NCBI RefSeq assembly: GCF_018350175.1
Contig: NC_058368.1
Span: forward strand, 227,294,001 to 227,354,000
DNA length: 60,000 nt
Source: Felis catus
Taxonomy: Eukaryota
Direction of reading: 5' to 3'
Shown here: piece by piece, positions 14,837 to 26,940 of the stretch
Layout of the letters: every line of letters starts with the position of its first letter
How positions within the stretch are numbered: position 1 is the stretch's first letter
The notes under the pieces: generated by a model
The model's input: only the letters and a program-made list of their open reading frames with translations
Told to the model about the DNA's origin: nothing
Database searches by the model: none
Program-made: the position numbers and the translations under genes

Positions 14837-15243
14837 CTGTCACACGTCCCCATCCACGGCATCCTTCCACCCTGTACATCCCCCATGGTGTCACCTGCCT
14901 CTGTTCCCAGCCCCATACTCACCCGTGAATGGCAGCTCACTTCAGGGATGCCCACCATGCAGCCTAACAAGACAGGGCGGTGGTGCTGCCCGGATCTCTT
15001 CACTGGGTGTGGAACCTCCCCACTGGACGACGAGCTGGACCCACTCCCCGTTTCACACATCAGCATCTCGCAACATCAGGAAGCAGCGTATCTCCTAAAA
15101 ATGCTCTGAGAGCAAACTTGAGGCACGAGTGGCTTGCGGGAGATTTTCCTCCTTGTAATTCTTGTTTGAGTGAGTTTAATCCAACCTATTGATAGAAATT
15201 GTCATCTTCGTTTTAAGTCACGTGCATAGAGAAGTAAATCCCA

Positions 15244-15491
15244 GGGGCGCCTGGGTGGCTCAGTTGGTTAGTGTCCGACTCTTGGTTTCTGCCCAGGTCA
15301 TGATCTCAGTTTCATGAGTTCAAGCCCTGCGTCAGGCTCTGTGCTGACACCAAGGAGCCTGCTTGGGATTCCCTCTCTCTCTCTGTCTCTCTCTGCCCCT
15401 TCTCCACTTGCACTGTCTCTGTCTCTCTCAAAATAAATAAATAAACTTAAAAAAAAAAAAAAAACAAGAGCTAAAAAAAAAAAAAAAAAAA
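15244..15491 (+). mobile_element. Can-SINE with bipartite poly(A) tail
   Basis: TSD agaagtaaatcc(c/t)a at 15230-15243 and 15492-15505; two A runs separated by caagagct. Confidence 0.92.
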
Positions 15492-16000
15492 AGAAGTAAA
15501 TCCTAGAAAACCAAAATGCATAGAAGTCTTCTTGCTAAATTTCTAGCTCTTGGAGACCAAGATTATGTAAGAAAACGTGATGAGAACAGGAAGCACTGAA
15601 GAGTCACAGCCTCCAGGCTGGGGGAGGAAGTCTCATCTGGAATTTTTTTTTTTTTTTTGGCTACCTCGAAATAATAAAACTTAACAATGTAACACGATAC
15701 AGTTTCAGCAGGCGCATCCAAGAAAAACTCGGTTTCGTTCGCGATCACAGAGGTTAGGTGCTACGAAAAAATCCCTTGAACGAGCATGTACCTCCAGCCA
15801 GCAACTGGTGTGGCTCAGAACCCTTGTGGGGCCTCGCTCATTGTTCCAAGCATGGCAGGGAGGTCCTCTGAGCCATTCGCGTGAATGCTGTCTGTTCGCC
15901 CAAATCTGAGACCCCTCTGTGTGGACTTGCAGAATTTGCCGCATTGACAGTTGAGATCCTTAGCCTCTTTGTGGGCTCCGGCCTAAGAGATCTAACATTT

Positions 16001-16230
16001 TTTTTTTCTCAACGTTTTTGGGGTTTTTTTTATTTATTTATTTTTGGGACAGAGAGAGACAGAGCATGAACGGGGGAGGGGCAGAGAGAGAGGGAGACAC
16101 AGAGTCGGAAACAGGCTCCAGGCTCCGAGCCATCAGCCCAGAGCCCGACGCGGGGCTCAAACTCCCGGACCGCGAGATCGTGACCTGGCTGAAGTCGGAC
16201 GCTCAACCGACTGCGCCACCCAGGCGCCCC
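16001..16230 (-). mobile_element. Young felid Can-SINE (SINEC_Fc-type)
   Basis: Perfect 16-bp TSD aagagatctaacattt at 15985-16000 and 16231-16246; CpGs largely intact. Confidence 0.95.
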
Positions 16231-17636
16231 AAGAGATCTAACATTTCTTGCATAACTTCTGGTGGCTCCCACTAAATAGCAGCAACGGGGAGTGTTTTCC
16301 ACTCGTGCAGAATCTCCCCGACGTTCAGTTCTCACCCGCGAAGGGCTATGTTGCTCAGCAGATGAGGCAAACAAAACGAAACACGGACGCCAACCTAATG
16401 GTCCCTGCTGGTGTGTTCGTTCCAACCACGCTGGCGGAACGGACTGCGGGCGTAGAAACCAAAGCGCACGCGAAGGCGCTGCGCCACGCTGCTGTCCCCC
16501 ACGGGCGACATGGCGCTCCCGGGTTGGTTTCCTGACTCTCTGTGGCGCGCCCACTCGGGCCCCTCTCTCGCAAATCCCCGGGGCGGGGGAGGTGGAGAGA
16601 CTTGCACTCTGCCGCGGCGGCAAACTCTGTTGTTCAGAAAAACGGATCCACTTTAGAGGCTGGGATGACGCAGGCCCGAGCAGAGGTTTGTGCTGGCGGC
16701 ACGGCACGTGCAGGGGGAAGGGACCGGGGAGACCGCCTGAGCTCCCAAAGTAAAGGAACCATCAGAAGCTCTTTTCCCAGTAGAACCCGTATCCGCTCTG
16801 CTTCTGCGTCTTTCATCCAGCGGGACGCGAGCCAGGAGCCCCAGTGTGCTTCTGTCGGTCGCCCCTGGGACTAACTGGATCCCTGGTGGAGGCCAGGGGG
16901 TCTTTTTCTCCGCTGGTGTTCGTGATGAGGGGCCAGGCGCCAGTTTGATCGGGTGTTAGGCCTGCTTAGCAGTGGCGCTGGGATGGTCTGAGCAAGCCTC
17001 AGGATGGGCGAGAGGACATTTGGGCCGTCCGCACTGGTTGCTTAAAATTCAGTGTGGCGGCAGTGAGCACCTTCTCCGCAAGAAAGACTGCTGAGGGGCA
17101 GGAGCCAAGGGGAAGAGTGAGGTGCCCAGTTCTGTATCCACAACCAGTGTGCACCTTCCACACGTGCCCCCTGCAGCGTACGCACCTCCAGAGAGCTCTG
17201 GGCTCGCCTGCATTCCAGGAAGTGGGGCCCCGGGGCACTTCGGGCTATAAGATCAGAGAGGCTTCAAGAAGCAGACGGGCTGTGCCCGTGATGTGCCCCG
17301 AAGAGGGTAGCTTTGAAATTCAGAAGATCCAAAGAGACATGAAAACACCAAGTGTGATAGGGGAAGAGGAAGAGGTTGTGTCTGGAATACAAGTGGAGGA
17401 GTCTGGGTCAGGGCAGGCAGGGCCGAGAATGCCCGCTGGTGGGGAGGACAGGGCCCCGAAGGTCACCGAGCTGGGCTGTAGCTTCGAGGAGGTGCCAGGT
17501 GGCCAGGAGGGGCCACCCGGGCCGGGGCCCTGGACTAGACTGGGTGGGTGGCCAGCGCCCAGGGAACACAGACTCAGGAGACACTGCCCAGAGTTCCGTC
17601 CAGAACCCCCTCCGGTTCACGTTCAAGTCCAGAAAC

Positions 17637-17688
17637 CTGACAGCTGTCTAAGAGAGAAAGTGCTGACAGCTGTCTAAGAGAGAAAGTG
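17637..17688. repeat. Perfect 26-bp tandem duplication (ctgacagctgtctaagagagaaagtg)x2
   Basis: Read directly. Confidence 0.95.
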
Positions 17689-17812
17689 ACAGCCGTCCTC
17701 CCAGCTGTCAGGTGACACCCGTACTTCAGACACATCCAATAAAACCAAAACAAGATGCTCTTCAAGATGCACGTGTGGTCAGGATAACCACTGTCCCTTT
17801 CTTTCGCCCTAG

Positions 17813-18022
<210 letters not shown>

Positions 18023-18329
18023 TAACAACCTCTTTAAAACGTTATTGTCCCCAAGTATGAACAGCAGTTATTTAGGAAGGTCATTGAATACAGGAAGAAG
18101 GGGTAGACTTCTGACGTTTCCAGAGACTTCTAAACATGCTGAAGAAGGGCAGACTTTGCCCTTCGTTTTAATAATACTCTTGTCTTCCTGAGTAACTGCT
18201 GGCCCATTTTTAAACATCCGTCAACTGTATAAACATCCCCGTCCCTCTTCCAAATCTTGTTGGTGTTACTTCAGTTACCCCCGTAAAAGACCCTTCGCTG
18301 ATCACCCTTATACCGCTGCTGTGTCCTAT

Positions 18330-18440
18330 CTATTTATTCATCATTCGACGCGTACTTATCAAGCACCTACGAGGTCCCAAGCCCGGTGCCGTTTTCGAGG
18401 ATACAGCTGTGGACAAGCGTGGATAACAGCACGCACCGTG
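18330..18440 (-). mobile_element. LINE-2 3' end fragment
   Basis: ttattcatcattcgacgcgtacttatcaagcacctac...gatacagctgtggacaag resembles the reverse-complement L2 tail. Confidence 0.5.
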
Positions 18441-19002
18441 CACAGCCTAAATAAGCAACACACATCCTTCTATATCAACCGCCATGCAATTTAAGTGTAG
18501 AAGATACTGTTCAAAAAACATGGATATACAGGCTCTATAACCCTAAGCACATGGTATATAATTTAAGATAGTTTGTAGTAGCCAAAAAAAAAAAAAAAGA
18601 AAAGAAAAAAAAAAAACATTTATAACCAAACTTCCATTGTGGACTGTGCCCTTTGAGTTCTAAAGACGGAGATGAGAAGGAGGTAAAAAGAAATGCGGGG
18701 CTTTTGAACTTGGTTCGGTTTTTCTTGTTTGTTGTAGTGACTACACATTTCCTAGTAAGTCCTGTAGAAAGTCTCCATGTATAAAGTACAATATAAGTAT
18801 GTTCCAGAAATGCCGGGGGCACGCAGCTCTTATCATCAGTGACTGATGATGAGGACCTAAGGCAGAAGGGTTGGTTGCCCTGATGAGAGGCACACTGTAA
18901 CTTTAGCCCTTCTAACTGTTATCAAAGGGATTATTGGGCTTGCTGAACCCTGGGAGTGGTCCTTAAACTCAAGCCCTACACATGTTTTAAACCTTCGATG
19001 GA

Positions 19003-19234
19003 GGGGCGCCTGGGTGGCTCAGTTGGTTAAGCGTCCAACTTGGGCTCAGGTCATGATCTTGAGGTCTGTGAGCTCAAGCCCCGTGTCGGGCTCTGTGCTG
19101 ACAGCTCAGAGCCTGGAGCCTGCTTCGGATTCTGTGTCTCCCCCTCTCTCTGCCCCTCCCCTGCTCATGTTCATGTTCTCTCTCTGTCTCTCGCGCTCTC
19201 GCTCTCAAAAATTAGTAAACATTAAAAAAAATTG
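19003..19234 (+). mobile_element. Can-SINE (first of a tandem pair)
   Basis: Full consensus; TSD aaaccttc(g/a)atgga. Confidence 0.93.
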
Positions 19235-19248
19235 AAACCTTCAATGGA

Positions 19249-19453
19249 GGGGCACCTAGGTGGCTCAGTCAGCTAAGCGTCCTCCTCCTGATTTCGGCTC
19301 AGGTCATGATCTCAAGGTTCGCGAGTTCGAGTCTCGCATAGGGCTTTGTGCTGAAGCACAGAGCCCGCTGGAGATTCTCCTCTCCCTCTCTATCTGTGTC
19401 TCTCTTTCCCTCAAGATAAATAAATAAACTTAAAAGAAAAGATTCTTTAAGGA
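19249..19453 (+). mobile_element. Can-SINE (second of the tandem pair, more diverged)
   Basis: ggggcacctaggtggctcagtc head; same TSD repeated at 19454-19466. Confidence 0.9.
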
Positions 19454-20384
19454 AAACCTTCAATGGGTGTTTTTCCAAAGCCCACCGTTTAATATTTGAT
19501 CCATTGATCCAACACTTGAATAGATCATAACAAGGGCAACACGAGACAAATAGCCTGTCCCATCCATCACACATCACGACCTTGTGTCCTCAACCGCCCC
19601 TTGACCCCAACCTGCCCCTCCCGCCAGTTCATCCCTCATGAAAGTGGGTGGGTGGGGGGGGGGGAGTAGGGGTGTTGGAAACATAGTCCTGTGCCACCTC
19701 ACCGAGGAAGTATGTCTGATAGCACGCCTGCTTAGTCGGGACAGGTTACCCCAGGCAACCCTGCTCCCCTATTTGCGTTATTTCTCTATGGCGTGCAGAT
19801 GTCTCCATAGTTCCCTAAAATATTAGGAAAACAGTGAGCAACCTTGAAACTGTTTAAAAGAGTATTTTAGAAAAAGCAGAGGGAAGGTTTCTATTCCAGG
19901 AACAGACCTCAGCTTTTGGAGACTATGTGAAATGATTGGAAGTCAAAAGTTGAGTCGAGTCGGATGCCAGGTGCTATGACTTAGACCTCATCCCTCCCTG
20001 AAAGCTAGAAGCTCTGGGTTGTCACTGGCTCTGCAGTCCAGAGTCTGCTCTCCTCTGTCGCCTGTCACTCCATTTAAACATCTCCCCCCAGCTACAGTTG
20101 AGCCCGACAGAGAACTTTGCCCGACCGGAGTTAAGGTTGTTCCTTCTCTCCTTTGGTGCACGAGCTGTAACCTGCACCTCTAAGTCGAGTGCAGCTGGTT
20201 TATTTTGACATGGTAATGATCTAGAAAAATGCTTTGATTGCCCACGTAAAGGCTTTTCTTTCTTTTTTTTTTTTTCAGTTTAATTATTCCAATCCTATCC
20301 TCTGTAACTAGAAGTACGTCAGGGTAGATTTTCACAGAAATTCGAAGCCCTTCGTTGGGAAGAAACTTGGAGATGAGCTAATCA

Positions 20385-20490
20385 ATACCCTTAATTTCTT
20401 AGAAAAGGAAATGACTCAGAGAGGATAAGTGACTCGCCCGAGCACCTGTAATAGAACCAGCTAGAAGCCAGCCTTCCAAGCCCACTCTCC
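20385..20490 (-). mobile_element. MIR relic
   Basis: agaaaaggaaatgactcagagaggataagtgactcgcccgagcac resembles the MIR core. Confidence 0.55.
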
Positions 20491-20869
20491 AAACCCTGCT
20501 GGGTCCAGCAAGTAGGAACCGCTGTCTGGCCCAGAGGCTCCAGACGTGGGCGCCATGCTTGAAACGGTGGTTTCTTCCACACTAAAAACAGTAGTATTTG
20601 AGTTTGCAGCTAATCAAGCGTCTCACACATTATCCTTACAACGGTTCAGTCGGCCCAACATCTTGGCCGCAGGAATTGTCTTTAAAAGACATGGGGGACA
20701 AGTAAACAATTTTTTTAAGTCGAAGTATAATCGGCACACAGCGTTACATTAGTTTCAATTACGGGGTTTTGGTTTTGGTTTTGGTTTTTCTTTCCTAAAT
20801 GTTAAGCTGTGGCTATAACGTATACGTATAACGTATACGTATACGTTCCTGTAGCACTTTCCGTATTCA

Positions 20870-21010
20870 GTCTTTGTATCTGTTGCTCCCTGTTGGCTCT
20901 GAAGTGGCCGAGGCAGGGTCTGTGACTTAGCCACCTTCTGTCCTCAGGCCCGAGTATCCTATCAGGCACCGAAGGGGCACCATGAACCGTTAATAAATAC
21001 ATCCGTCGAT
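20870..21010 (+). mobile_element. LINE-2 3' end fragment
   Basis: gaggcagggtctgtgac...caggcacc...taataaatacatcc L2-tail-like. Confidence 0.4.
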
Positions 21011-21103
21011 TAAGACTTAACCGTGAGTCAGAAGGGTACTGATAGCACTCATCCCTGGTGGGCGAGAGTCTCCTTATTTATACTCAATTTACCCAACTTT
21101 TAC

Positions 21104-21306
21104 TTTTTTTAATTTTTATTTATTTATTTTGAGAGAGAAAGAGAGCACAAAGGGGCGGTGGTGGAAGGAGGGAGAGAGAGTCCCAAGCAGGCTCTGCACT
21201 GTCCACACAGAGCCTGATGCGGGGCTCGATCCCACCAACTGTGAGATCATGACCTGAGCTGAAGTCCAGAGTCAGAAGCTTAACCCACAGAGCCACCCAG
21301 GCGCCC
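21104..21306 (-). mobile_element. Can-SINE
   Basis: Reverse-complement consensus with T-rich tail. Confidence 0.9.
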
Positions 21307-21380
21307 TGAGTTTATGCAACTTCTAAAGCTTTCGGAAGAGGCCCTTTACTCTCGAGTCTGGTTTTGTTTTGTTTTTATCA

Positions 21381-21605
21381 TTTTTTTAAATTTTTTTCTT
21401 TAATGTTTATTTATTTTTGACAGAGAGAGAGAGACAGGGCATGAGGGGGGGAGGGGCAAAGAGAGAGGGAGCCACATAATCCGAAGCAGGCTCCAGGCTC
21501 CGAGCCGTCAGCCCAGAGCCCGATGCGGGGCTCGAACTCACGGACCGTGAGATCGGACCTGAGCCGAAGTCAGACGCTCAACCGACTGAGCCACCCAGGC
21601 GCCCC
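21381..21605 (-). mobile_element. Can-SINE (felid type)
   Basis: Reverse-complement consensus ending ccacccaggcgcccc. Confidence 0.92.
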
Positions 21606-21641
21606 ATGTTTTTTTTTTTAATTTTAAAACTTCTTAGTGTC

Positions 21642-21837
21642 GGGGCATCTGACTTTAGCTCAGGTCATGAATCTCATGGTTCATGAGTTCGAGCCCCATG
21701 TCAGACTTTATGCTCACAGTGCGGAGCCTGATTTGGATTCTCTGTCTCCCTTTCTCTCTGCCCCTCCTCTGCTCGTGTTCTCTCTGTCTGCCTCTCTCCC
21801 TCTCTCTCAAAATAAAGAAATGAACTTAAACAGAAAA
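21642..21837 (+). mobile_element. Can-SINE with an internal deletion near its 5' end
   Basis: ggggc joined directly to atctgact; TSD cttagtgtc at 21633-21641 and 21838-21846. Confidence 0.88.
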
Positions 21838-22248
21838 CTTAGTGTCAGGAAGTTAATGTAGCAGCGGCCACTGAAACACTCAAGAGCAGCACACGTTGTG
21901 TTTATTCCAGTGGATGGTATGACGTATAGATTCCGAGCCTCCTGATGGCACCAACAGCCTTACAGCCTTCTGTAAGAAGAACACCTAGAACTACAGCACT
22001 TTCTGGAGCTCTGCTTCTTTGGCACACTAGCTCTTCTCCTGGGGTCTTTGAGAAGAGCTGACCCCCACAGATTCTGCAGACACTCAGTGACCCAGGGATG
22101 CTGACTGCTTTTCAAAAGCAGATGTGTAACTGTCTAGAACAAAAGTCCCATCTTTCCATCCGAATGGACTTGCTCTCCAGGCCCTGACATTTTGGGTTCG
22201 ACATCTGCCTTTGCCTGTGAAAAATATGGCTGCATCACTTTAAAAAAA

Positions 22249-22462
22249 TTTTTTTTTAGTGTTTATTCATTTTTGAGAGAGAGAGAGAGAGAGAGCGTGA
22301 GCAGGGGAGGGGCAGAGAGAGAGGGAGACACAGAATCGGAAGCAGGCTCCAGGCTCTGAGCTGTCAGCACAGAGCCTGATGTGGGTCTCGAACCCATGAA
22401 CCGTGAGATCATGACCTGAGCCAGAGTCAGACGCTTAACTGACTGAGCCACCCAGACGCCCC
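22249..22462 (-). mobile_element. Can-SINE
   Basis: Reverse-complement consensus. Confidence 0.92.
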
Positions 22463-22497
22463 TAAAGTATATCTTGTAACGAGCTAACATATTTCCC

Positions 22498-22685
22498 TTT
22501 TATTTTATTTTATTTTTTATTTTTATTTTGAGAGAGAGAGGCAGAGACGGAGGGACAGGGAGAGAATCTCAAGCAGGCTCTGCAGTGTCAGCCCAGAGCC
22601 CGATGAGGGGCTCGATCTCACGACCGTGACATCATGACCTGAGCCAAAGTCGGACGCTTAACCAACCGAGCCACCCAGGTGCCCC
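22498..22685 (-). mobile_element. Can-SINE
   Basis: Reverse-complement consensus with (TTTTA)n tail. Confidence 0.9.
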
Positions 22686-24196
22686 ACGGCTGTGTCACTT
22701 TTGACAGTTAATAAGAGACTCATATTCAGTACACTACAATGCACATATACATCCATTCCCTAGTGTAGACTTTCCATTTAAATTCAGAGTCTCTGTTCTA
22801 CTCCAAAAGCGGGTTCTTCCTCACGCCTTTATCCGGGAGTTTTCCTTCAAGAAGGGCAGCAAAGGCCCATGAAGATGGACTGGGGAGGTGGGTCAAGTCA
22901 AAAAGTAGAAATACTCTTCCCTTAGCACCTTCCTTTTCCTCCTTCAGAGCTGCCTTGGGGAAGAAGCACTGATCGGTGTCATTTGATGGGAGTCAGGGTG
23001 AGGAAAGGGGGGGCACTTAAGTCCCTCCGAAAGGTTATCTTGAAAATGGTAGAACCGTCAGATGAAAAGCGATCCCCTCGGTAGCGACAAGGGGAAGAGA
23101 CACAATGCCAACCAGTGTCAGCAAGGTGACTGCGGCCTGACAGGCTGAGTTTGTCCAGCAGACAACCGTGGCGAACACGGGCCGAGGGTGGCGGCGAGGA
23201 GCTTGCGGTCAGGGAGCAGGAGCAGTATCCCTTCCTCCTGAGGAAAGGCACTGGTGATTCCAAAGGTACAGAAACTTGGCCTCTTGGTGGCCCCTCTGAG
23301 TTTATCATGATTCCTTTCTGGATTCTAGATTTGGGGGCAAAATAGAGACCATTAGCCAGGGTACGATGTGTCTTTTCAACAGTCCTTTCAATGAGGAAGA
23401 GGTGTCCCAAAGACCAGTTTCCATTTTGACTTCACAACGGCATTTTAAGAACATTCGGTATTTTCTTGAGCTCCTCTCTGCTCTAGTTCTGGGGAGCTGG
23501 TGCGAAGAAGGCGGCCTCTCTGCTCCAAGAGAGTTGGAAAAGAATCCACGCAGAGCGCAGGCTTGGCTGCTGCTGGGGCCTCCCCAACCCCCTTGACACA
23601 AGATGGAAATGGGCATCCATCCAGATGGATCTTGGCAGGCAGAACCAGCCGGGTACTTTTGTGCAGTGAACAACCTTCACAGTCATACCCAGCATCCCCT
23701 GGTCGCTGAACCCAGAGACAGTCAGGAGGGGAGGATGGAGGAGTGCCGATCAGAGGAAGGGGAGAGACCACGGGTCAGAAAAAGAACGGAGAGGTTGAGA
23801 GTCCAGGAAAGATGGGCAGAGGCAGAGGTGGGGACACAGAGAGGTAGGGAGGATGTGAGGGCCCCAGAGAGCCCGGAGCCCTCACAGCCCTCCAGGGCCC
23901 TGCCAATCCTTCCAGTACAAATTGCTGTAAATTTTAGAGGCGCTAAAAAGAGACAGGTTTTTAAGAAACCAGTGAATTTGACAAATTCGCAGTTGGCCAA
24001 ATAGGCTATTCTGTAGGGTGATCTTGGGGAACTGGCCTATTTCGGGGAGGCAGGTACGGAGTGAGATCCTCACCAGGCTTGTCCAGACTTGGTTTTGTGG
24101 CCCAGAGTCAGATTATGCCAAGGTCATGGGACTGTGCCCGGGTCCCCAGAGTGTATCCCACTGACCTCTGTCACCTTCAGTAGATGGAGGCTGCTT

Positions 24197-24197
<1 letters not shown>

Positions 24198-24241
<44 letters not shown>
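24198..24241. repeat. (GT)22 microsatellite
   Basis: Read directly. Confidence 0.95.
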
Positions 24242-24242
<1 letters not shown>

Positions 24243-24490
24243 GCTGTCCCTTGAAGCAGAGAGAGGAGAAAGCCACCTGCGTGCCGGCCGACCGCACCGC
24301 CTCACACAGTAGGGTACTAAGTGTGTCTGAGGCCGGCAGCCGTTACTACTAAAGCATCTGTTTCTTTTTCCAAAAGTTAAAATAAGTTTCTTTTACTCTG
24401 GATCCTCCTGAGCTTTGCTTTTTGATGTCAGTGGGTGGTAAAAAGGGGAAGTGTGGATCTGCACTCAAGCCTGAATCTTCTGCTCTGAGT

Positions 24491-24864
24491 TGCCATGGCT
24501 CTAACTGTATCCGCCAGAAATTCCCGTGTTGAAGCCCTGACGTCCAGCGTCCCTGAATGTGATCTTACTGGGAGACAGGGCTCAGATGAGGCACTGCGAA
24601 GTGAGTGAGGTGGGCCCCTAATCCGTATGATTGCTGGTCTTACAAGAGGGCAAATCCGGACACAGACAAGCCCGGGAGCATGCCACAGGGCGCCACCAGA
24701 AGCCAGGCAGCGCCTGGAGTGGACCTTCCCCAGGGCCTGCGAGGGGGTGCGGCCCCACCCACACCCTGATGCCGGACTCCACGACCGGGGGGCAAGAACC
24801 TTGGGTTGTGCTGAGCCACCCGGTTTATGCTACTTTGCTACGGCGGCCCCAGAAAACTCCTACA
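24491..24864 (+). mobile_element. MaLR solo LTR (MLT1-like)
   Basis: TG...CA ends; MLT1-like motifs gtgttgaagccctga, ggtgggccctaatcc-like, ctttgctacggcggccccagaaaactcctaca. Confidence 0.75.
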
Positions 24865-26754
24865 CCGACGTGGTCAGGGAAGGCCACGGATCGGTTAGCC
24901 ACACGTGACTATTCAACTACCTGGTTTCTTTTTAAATTCTCCACTCACTGTTTGCATAAGCGTCTCCATTATTTCCAGATTCTTCACGTAAGAATCAGAG
25001 TAGCGGGTTTGCTGAGAAATACTTTTCGTTGGTACGGCGCTGTCCCCAAATTTCCGTGATTAATTATATCCTCGCAGGCCTGGTTTTTCGGGGCTTTTCT
25101 CGGGGGTGGTGTTGACATCACGGCGTCCGATGGAAGCAGCGGTGGGGGATGTGGGTTACTTTGCATTTTGGCTTTGCGCTGCTGTCCCCGAATTGAGTCA
25201 TCCCGTACACCTCTGAATCAGGCCCTTGAACAGGCCACTGTCCCCAGCAGCGAAAAGCCTAAACACATTCCCAACGTCCGGAGAAGGACTCCAAGTTGTC
25301 TCAGAACCTCGACACTTCTCTTCTTCCCACTTGGATCTTATAAATGGTATCTGATTTGGCACCAAGGTGTAGAGATTACTGGTTTCGGTTTAACGTGTGT
25401 GTTCTACAAAGAGAAGAACGGTGAAGACACCGCATTCTCCCCGGGGCCCGCCGGGGAGTCCCGATTGGCCCGTGGACCCTGCAGGGACAAGTGTTGGCTG
25501 CTGACCCCCCCCCCCCCCCGGCTCAGGTGCGATTGCCAGGCTCCCTGAGGCTTTTCTGGTGCAAGGGCAGATTTATCAGAGTAAGGTGACAGTGTTGTTC
25601 CAGCAATGGCAGAGGAACCCGGCAGGGACTGAGTCACGGACTTCCAGGAATTGTATTTGATGACCGTGCCTCTTTTCTTAGTTGTTTTTAGGAGTCTCCG
25701 CTCAACAACAGAACCAGCGTGGAGAGCAGTTTTCTTCTTACACGGTGGGCATGTGACAGTGTGTAGGACTGAGACATGGCTGGCTCACATGCATAGGCAG
25801 GACCCTCCCAGGGGCAGTTCACAGTAAGGTGTGTGGACAGGGCAAGGCTGATGCCCGTGGCTTGTCGGTTTTCTGATTTCAGCCTGTGCTCACACGCTCC
25901 CGGGTACTTGGGGCTCTGAACGTGAGCGTGTTCCCAGTGGCCTGAAACTCTCGGTGCCCCGTGGGACTTACACGGATACGATATGTAAGGGGTCCGCAGA
26001 GCCCACGTAAAATCCCTCCGTGATCTCAAAGAACCCCACAGAAACGCATGTCCATCAAGCAGTGTGTGAAAGGAGCACAGCGAGGACGTGAAATGCCACT
26101 TGGTCCGTTAAAGGGTCATCCTGTGTGCTTAATGAAGCCAGAGACCGTTGGACCCGGGAACAAAAGAGAACAGTCAGAAACCGCTCAGGTCACGGACGTA
26201 TTTCACTGGTTGACCTCTCCCAGCTCTTAGGTGACCCCTGCGCCTACAGGTGGGCTTAGAAAGTGACCTGGAAAGCCCAGTCACTTTTAGCTAATGATAG
26301 GTGACCTTGGCCCAAAACGTTATTTTCTCTTAAAGGGTTTATCACCGCGTTTCCTGCTGTGGGGTCCGACACAGTGAGGTAAACATGACTGAATTGCGCC
26401 ACGAGATTGTTCTCGGGGTCCTTTCATACTCAACCTTCTGAGCCCAGGGCACCACTCAAGAGAAACACAGTGTGATGGTGAGAAAAATTAGCAGTGCCTG
26501 GAAAAGCTGCTCGCCGTGAATCAGGTGCCAGATGGTTTTCAAGGGCCTGTCTTTTGATCCTCCCCGAGAGATGGCTCTCGACCGACGGGGCTCGAAGAAT
26601 GAATTGGGCCAAAACAAAACAAGACCGCCAGCACCTCTGAACTGGAAAGGGGCTTAGAGGCAGGGCTGCCCGCCTGCGCTGAATGGCCCTGGGGCCCTGG
26701 GAGAGGGATTTACCCTCAAGCTGGAATTCAGTACCCCAGAGCTCTCTGTGTTTA

Positions 26755-26940
26755 CGCACATGGTCCTGAGGTCCTGGGGCCTGGAGTCAAATCCCGGCTC
26801 CTCTGTGCACCAGCTGGGTGGCTTTGGAAGGGTCATCTAAAACTAAGCCTCAGCTTCCCCGGGGCTGCCAGACGGGCATGATAAGAATACCCCCCTCCTA
26901 AGACTTACGAGCACAGCGCCAGGCACGCTGTAAGCAAAAA
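26755..26940 (+). mobile_element. MIR relic
   Basis: gtcaaatcccggctcctctg...aagcctcagcttcccc...gcacagcgccaggcacgctgtaagc. Confidence 0.6.
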
